Shown here piece by piece: positions 61,946 through 64,000 of a stretch of DNA of 64,000 bases. The notes beneath the pieces were generated by a model. It was given only the letters and a program-made list of their open reading frames with translations. It had not been told where the DNA came from and made no database searches. This stretch comes from an uncultured delta proteobacterium (lineage in GTDB: Bacteria; Desulfobacterota; Syntrophia; Syntrophales; UBA5619), in contig CAWFOM010000001.1 in the NCBI GenBank assembly GCA_963817385.1, positions 324,881 through 388,880 of the forward strand, read 5' to 3'. How positions within the stretch are numbered: the first letter of the stretch is position 1; every line of letters starts with the position of its first letter. Both the position numbers and the translations under genes were made by a program.

Positions 61946-62102
61946 CTCCTCCCATGGTAAGAACCATGGTTTTAGAAACCCGGTGAGCTGGGTTTATTTC
62001 TGATACTCCCCCCCTCATCAAACCGTACGTTTGGTATTGAGGTGATCCTTACCGCCCGTAGGACATGTTTTAATTGTTTGATATTTAGTCAACTACTCCT
62101 GT

Positions 62103-63354
62103 CTATCTGTGTTTTTCAAGCATTGCCTTTAGTTCATTGATTTTTCGAGTCAATAAATCGTCACGTGCAGGGGATACAAATTTAGTTCGTTGCACCTGAC
62201 TCTCATAAGCCTCAGCCATCTTATTTTCAAAGACTGTGTTGATGTCTATGTGGTCGCTTGGGGATTTAATTGATGTCATTGACGCATCCCATGAGCCTAG
62301 AGGTGTTTTATGCGAAGCGGAAATAATAAGCGATTGACAAGTATTATAACCGTTCACTCTTGCACACCCGGACAAGGTGTCGTCACTATTTATCGTGAAG
62401 TCATAACTCATGTCATAAGTAGAGGCAGAGTTTCTCCCACTGACAATGAGATATTTTGACAACGAAGGGTACCAAGCACCTCCGGCATATGTAACGGAAG
62501 GATAGTCTGCATCGTATCCAATGTACATATCGGTACCTTCAGACGTTTTTGTACCGCTGTTTTGTGTCTAAGGTGATCCTATCAGTCCATGTGCTAATGA
62601 TTGTATATACAAACCTGAAATTGCCTATAAGAGGATCAGGCGCCCCTCCCTGGGGATAGAAGTTGGAGGCCGGGTCGAAGGTGTGAACAGCAAGCGGGTT
62701 TGAGCTATGTCGCCGCTCTATCGCGATGCCGCAAAGCGAAGAAGAACCAGTGACCGCGACAATCGACTCGACCTGGCTTAGGTTCAAGCTGCTGAACCAG
62801 ACCGAATGGATACCGACGGCCCTTGTCTTGGGGGCAATCGTCGTGGTTTGGGTGCCCAGAATGGAACCCCCGCCGATAGCATAGAGGGTTACATCTGCTG
62901 GTGTTGACCCCATGTTGGCTATAGCCGCTCCCTTCCACTGGACAAAACTTGTAAAGTCACTGAAATATAAACCGACCTTGGACCCAAGGGTGTCGATCGT
63001 CATGAACTCCGCTATACCACCCCCGGAGTTGTTATAGGACACTCTGAAGACAAGTCCCGATTCGGTGTATGTTATGACGCCCGTCTCGGCATAGGGATGC
63101 AAGGTATTCAGTTGAATCTGAGAACGGCTGAGGCCGCCGACCGAAAAGACGTTGGAGTAGATCTGGTTACCGCCGTCATACAGGGTCAGGGTGAAGTCGG
63201 CAGAGGATGACGTATTGTTGTTTACCTGTAGATAGTCAGTCCAGCCGGGCTCTCCGCCGGTGATGTGAGGAATGTAGGTTTCAAGGGCAAGTGCGTTTCC
63301 GCAAAGGAATATCCTGGCTACCATGAACCAAAGAACTATCAGTAATTTTTTCAT
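62103..63354 (-). CDS. Secreted beta-rich protein of unknown function, frameshifted near 62561
   Basis: Signal peptide MKKLLIV...ALA; YIPHITGG..WTDYLQVNN; the two ORFs join (DTNSGTKTSEGTDMYIG) if one base is removed. Confidence 0.65.
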
Positions 63355-63823
63355 TATCCCCCTCCTGATGGTTGTGTAAAGTGTAATTACAGTGAACAGG
63401 GATAAAGCCACCATCCGCGGATATTAATATCCCGGGAAGGCCGGCAAAGACGACCAGCATGAACAGATCTGCACGGAAGATAGGGGATCGGAGTATTTGA
63501 TGGACAGCACTTATTCCCCCCCAGTTTGATTATACGGCATGGAACTTTGTAAACTGCCCTTATGTTTCTTAGTATCGTTATCACGATTATCATTTGAAAT
63601 CCAGCATTATATTCGAGGTTGCCGATTTGTGTAATTCAGGAAGGAGCGGAGTCCCCCGATCACCGGAAATTTCTCCCTCCTAAAATTGCGCCTTCACTCC
63701 GCTTTCGTTGATTGACTCGAACAGGCACCCTGCGCATTAGTATTTGAGGGAGCGAAAGCGGATGCCGAAAAATGATATACGCCAGACCTTGAGTCCACCT
63801 ACAAAGGGTGAATGGTTGAGTTA

Positions 63824-63883
63824 TTTGAACTGAGCATTCCGCCGGACACGCTTCGCTTGTCCGGCGGAATGCCAGCGTTCAGC
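63824..63883 (+). mobile_element. Integron attC-like site (60 bp)
   Basis: TTTGAAC-N5-ATTCCGCC...GGCGGAAT-N6-GTTCAGC with perfect inner stem and GCTTCGC loop. Confidence 0.55.
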
Positions 63884-63940
63884 CGCAACGCTGGCGGTGC
63901 GAAGCAGCGACAGAGGCGTCGGCTGGAACGCTGATTGGCA
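63864..63940 (-). mobile_element. Second attC-like site, opposite orientation, overlapping the first
   Basis: Minus strand CCAAT-CAGC-GTTCCAGC-CGAC...GCG-GCTGAAC-GCTGGC: 8/7-nt L boxes with the typical extra base; core triplets degenerate (AAT/ATT). Confidence 0.6.
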
Positions 63941-64000
63941 GCACTCCTCGGATCGCTTCTGTTTACCTCCGTTACCTCCCGCTTCCTCCAGATCAGCCCT

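Noticed and set aside
63698..63761. CCGCTTTCG...CGAAAGCGG long-range stem as an ncRNA
   Set aside because: One stem only, no recognisable family and no second copy

Overview
Window from a Gram-negative anaerobe, probably Desulfobacterota (Syntrophia-like; inferred from gene content only). Left to right: (1) the end of a CusA-type RND pump; (2) a sulfur-carrier cluster (ThiS with C-terminal extension, ThiF, JAMM/Mec protease, small sulfite-reductase-like protein, TusA, YeiH-family transporter); (3) an mla operon with no mlaB, whose MlaF carries a degenerate GGDEF-like C-terminal domain; (4) a sugar-acid catabolic island (GntR, PdxA2, FGGY kinase, VOC, COG4091-type oxidoreductase) between two tripartite tricarboxylate transporters (TTT); (5) a TPR-GT2 glycosyltransferase; (6) a GC-rich glutamine cluster (NifA-like sigma54 activator, three-gene glutamate synthase, glnA, carA, guaA, carB, purF) with two clear sigma54 promoters; (7) thiF-like, cupin and pcnB genes; (8) a second organic-acid island (FAH, two more TTTs, HMG-CoA lyase, MFS, NHL protein, 2-hydroxyacid dehydrogenase, aconitase); (9) an AT-richer end with a secreted protein and two interlocked attC-like sites. 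Non-coding features include three copies of a ~117 bp IS200/IS605-like miniature element and a ~109 bp tandem duplication upstream of a tctC. Five otherwise intact genes carry single-base frameshifts, probably sequencing errors. I saw no rRNA, tRNA or CRISPR array.
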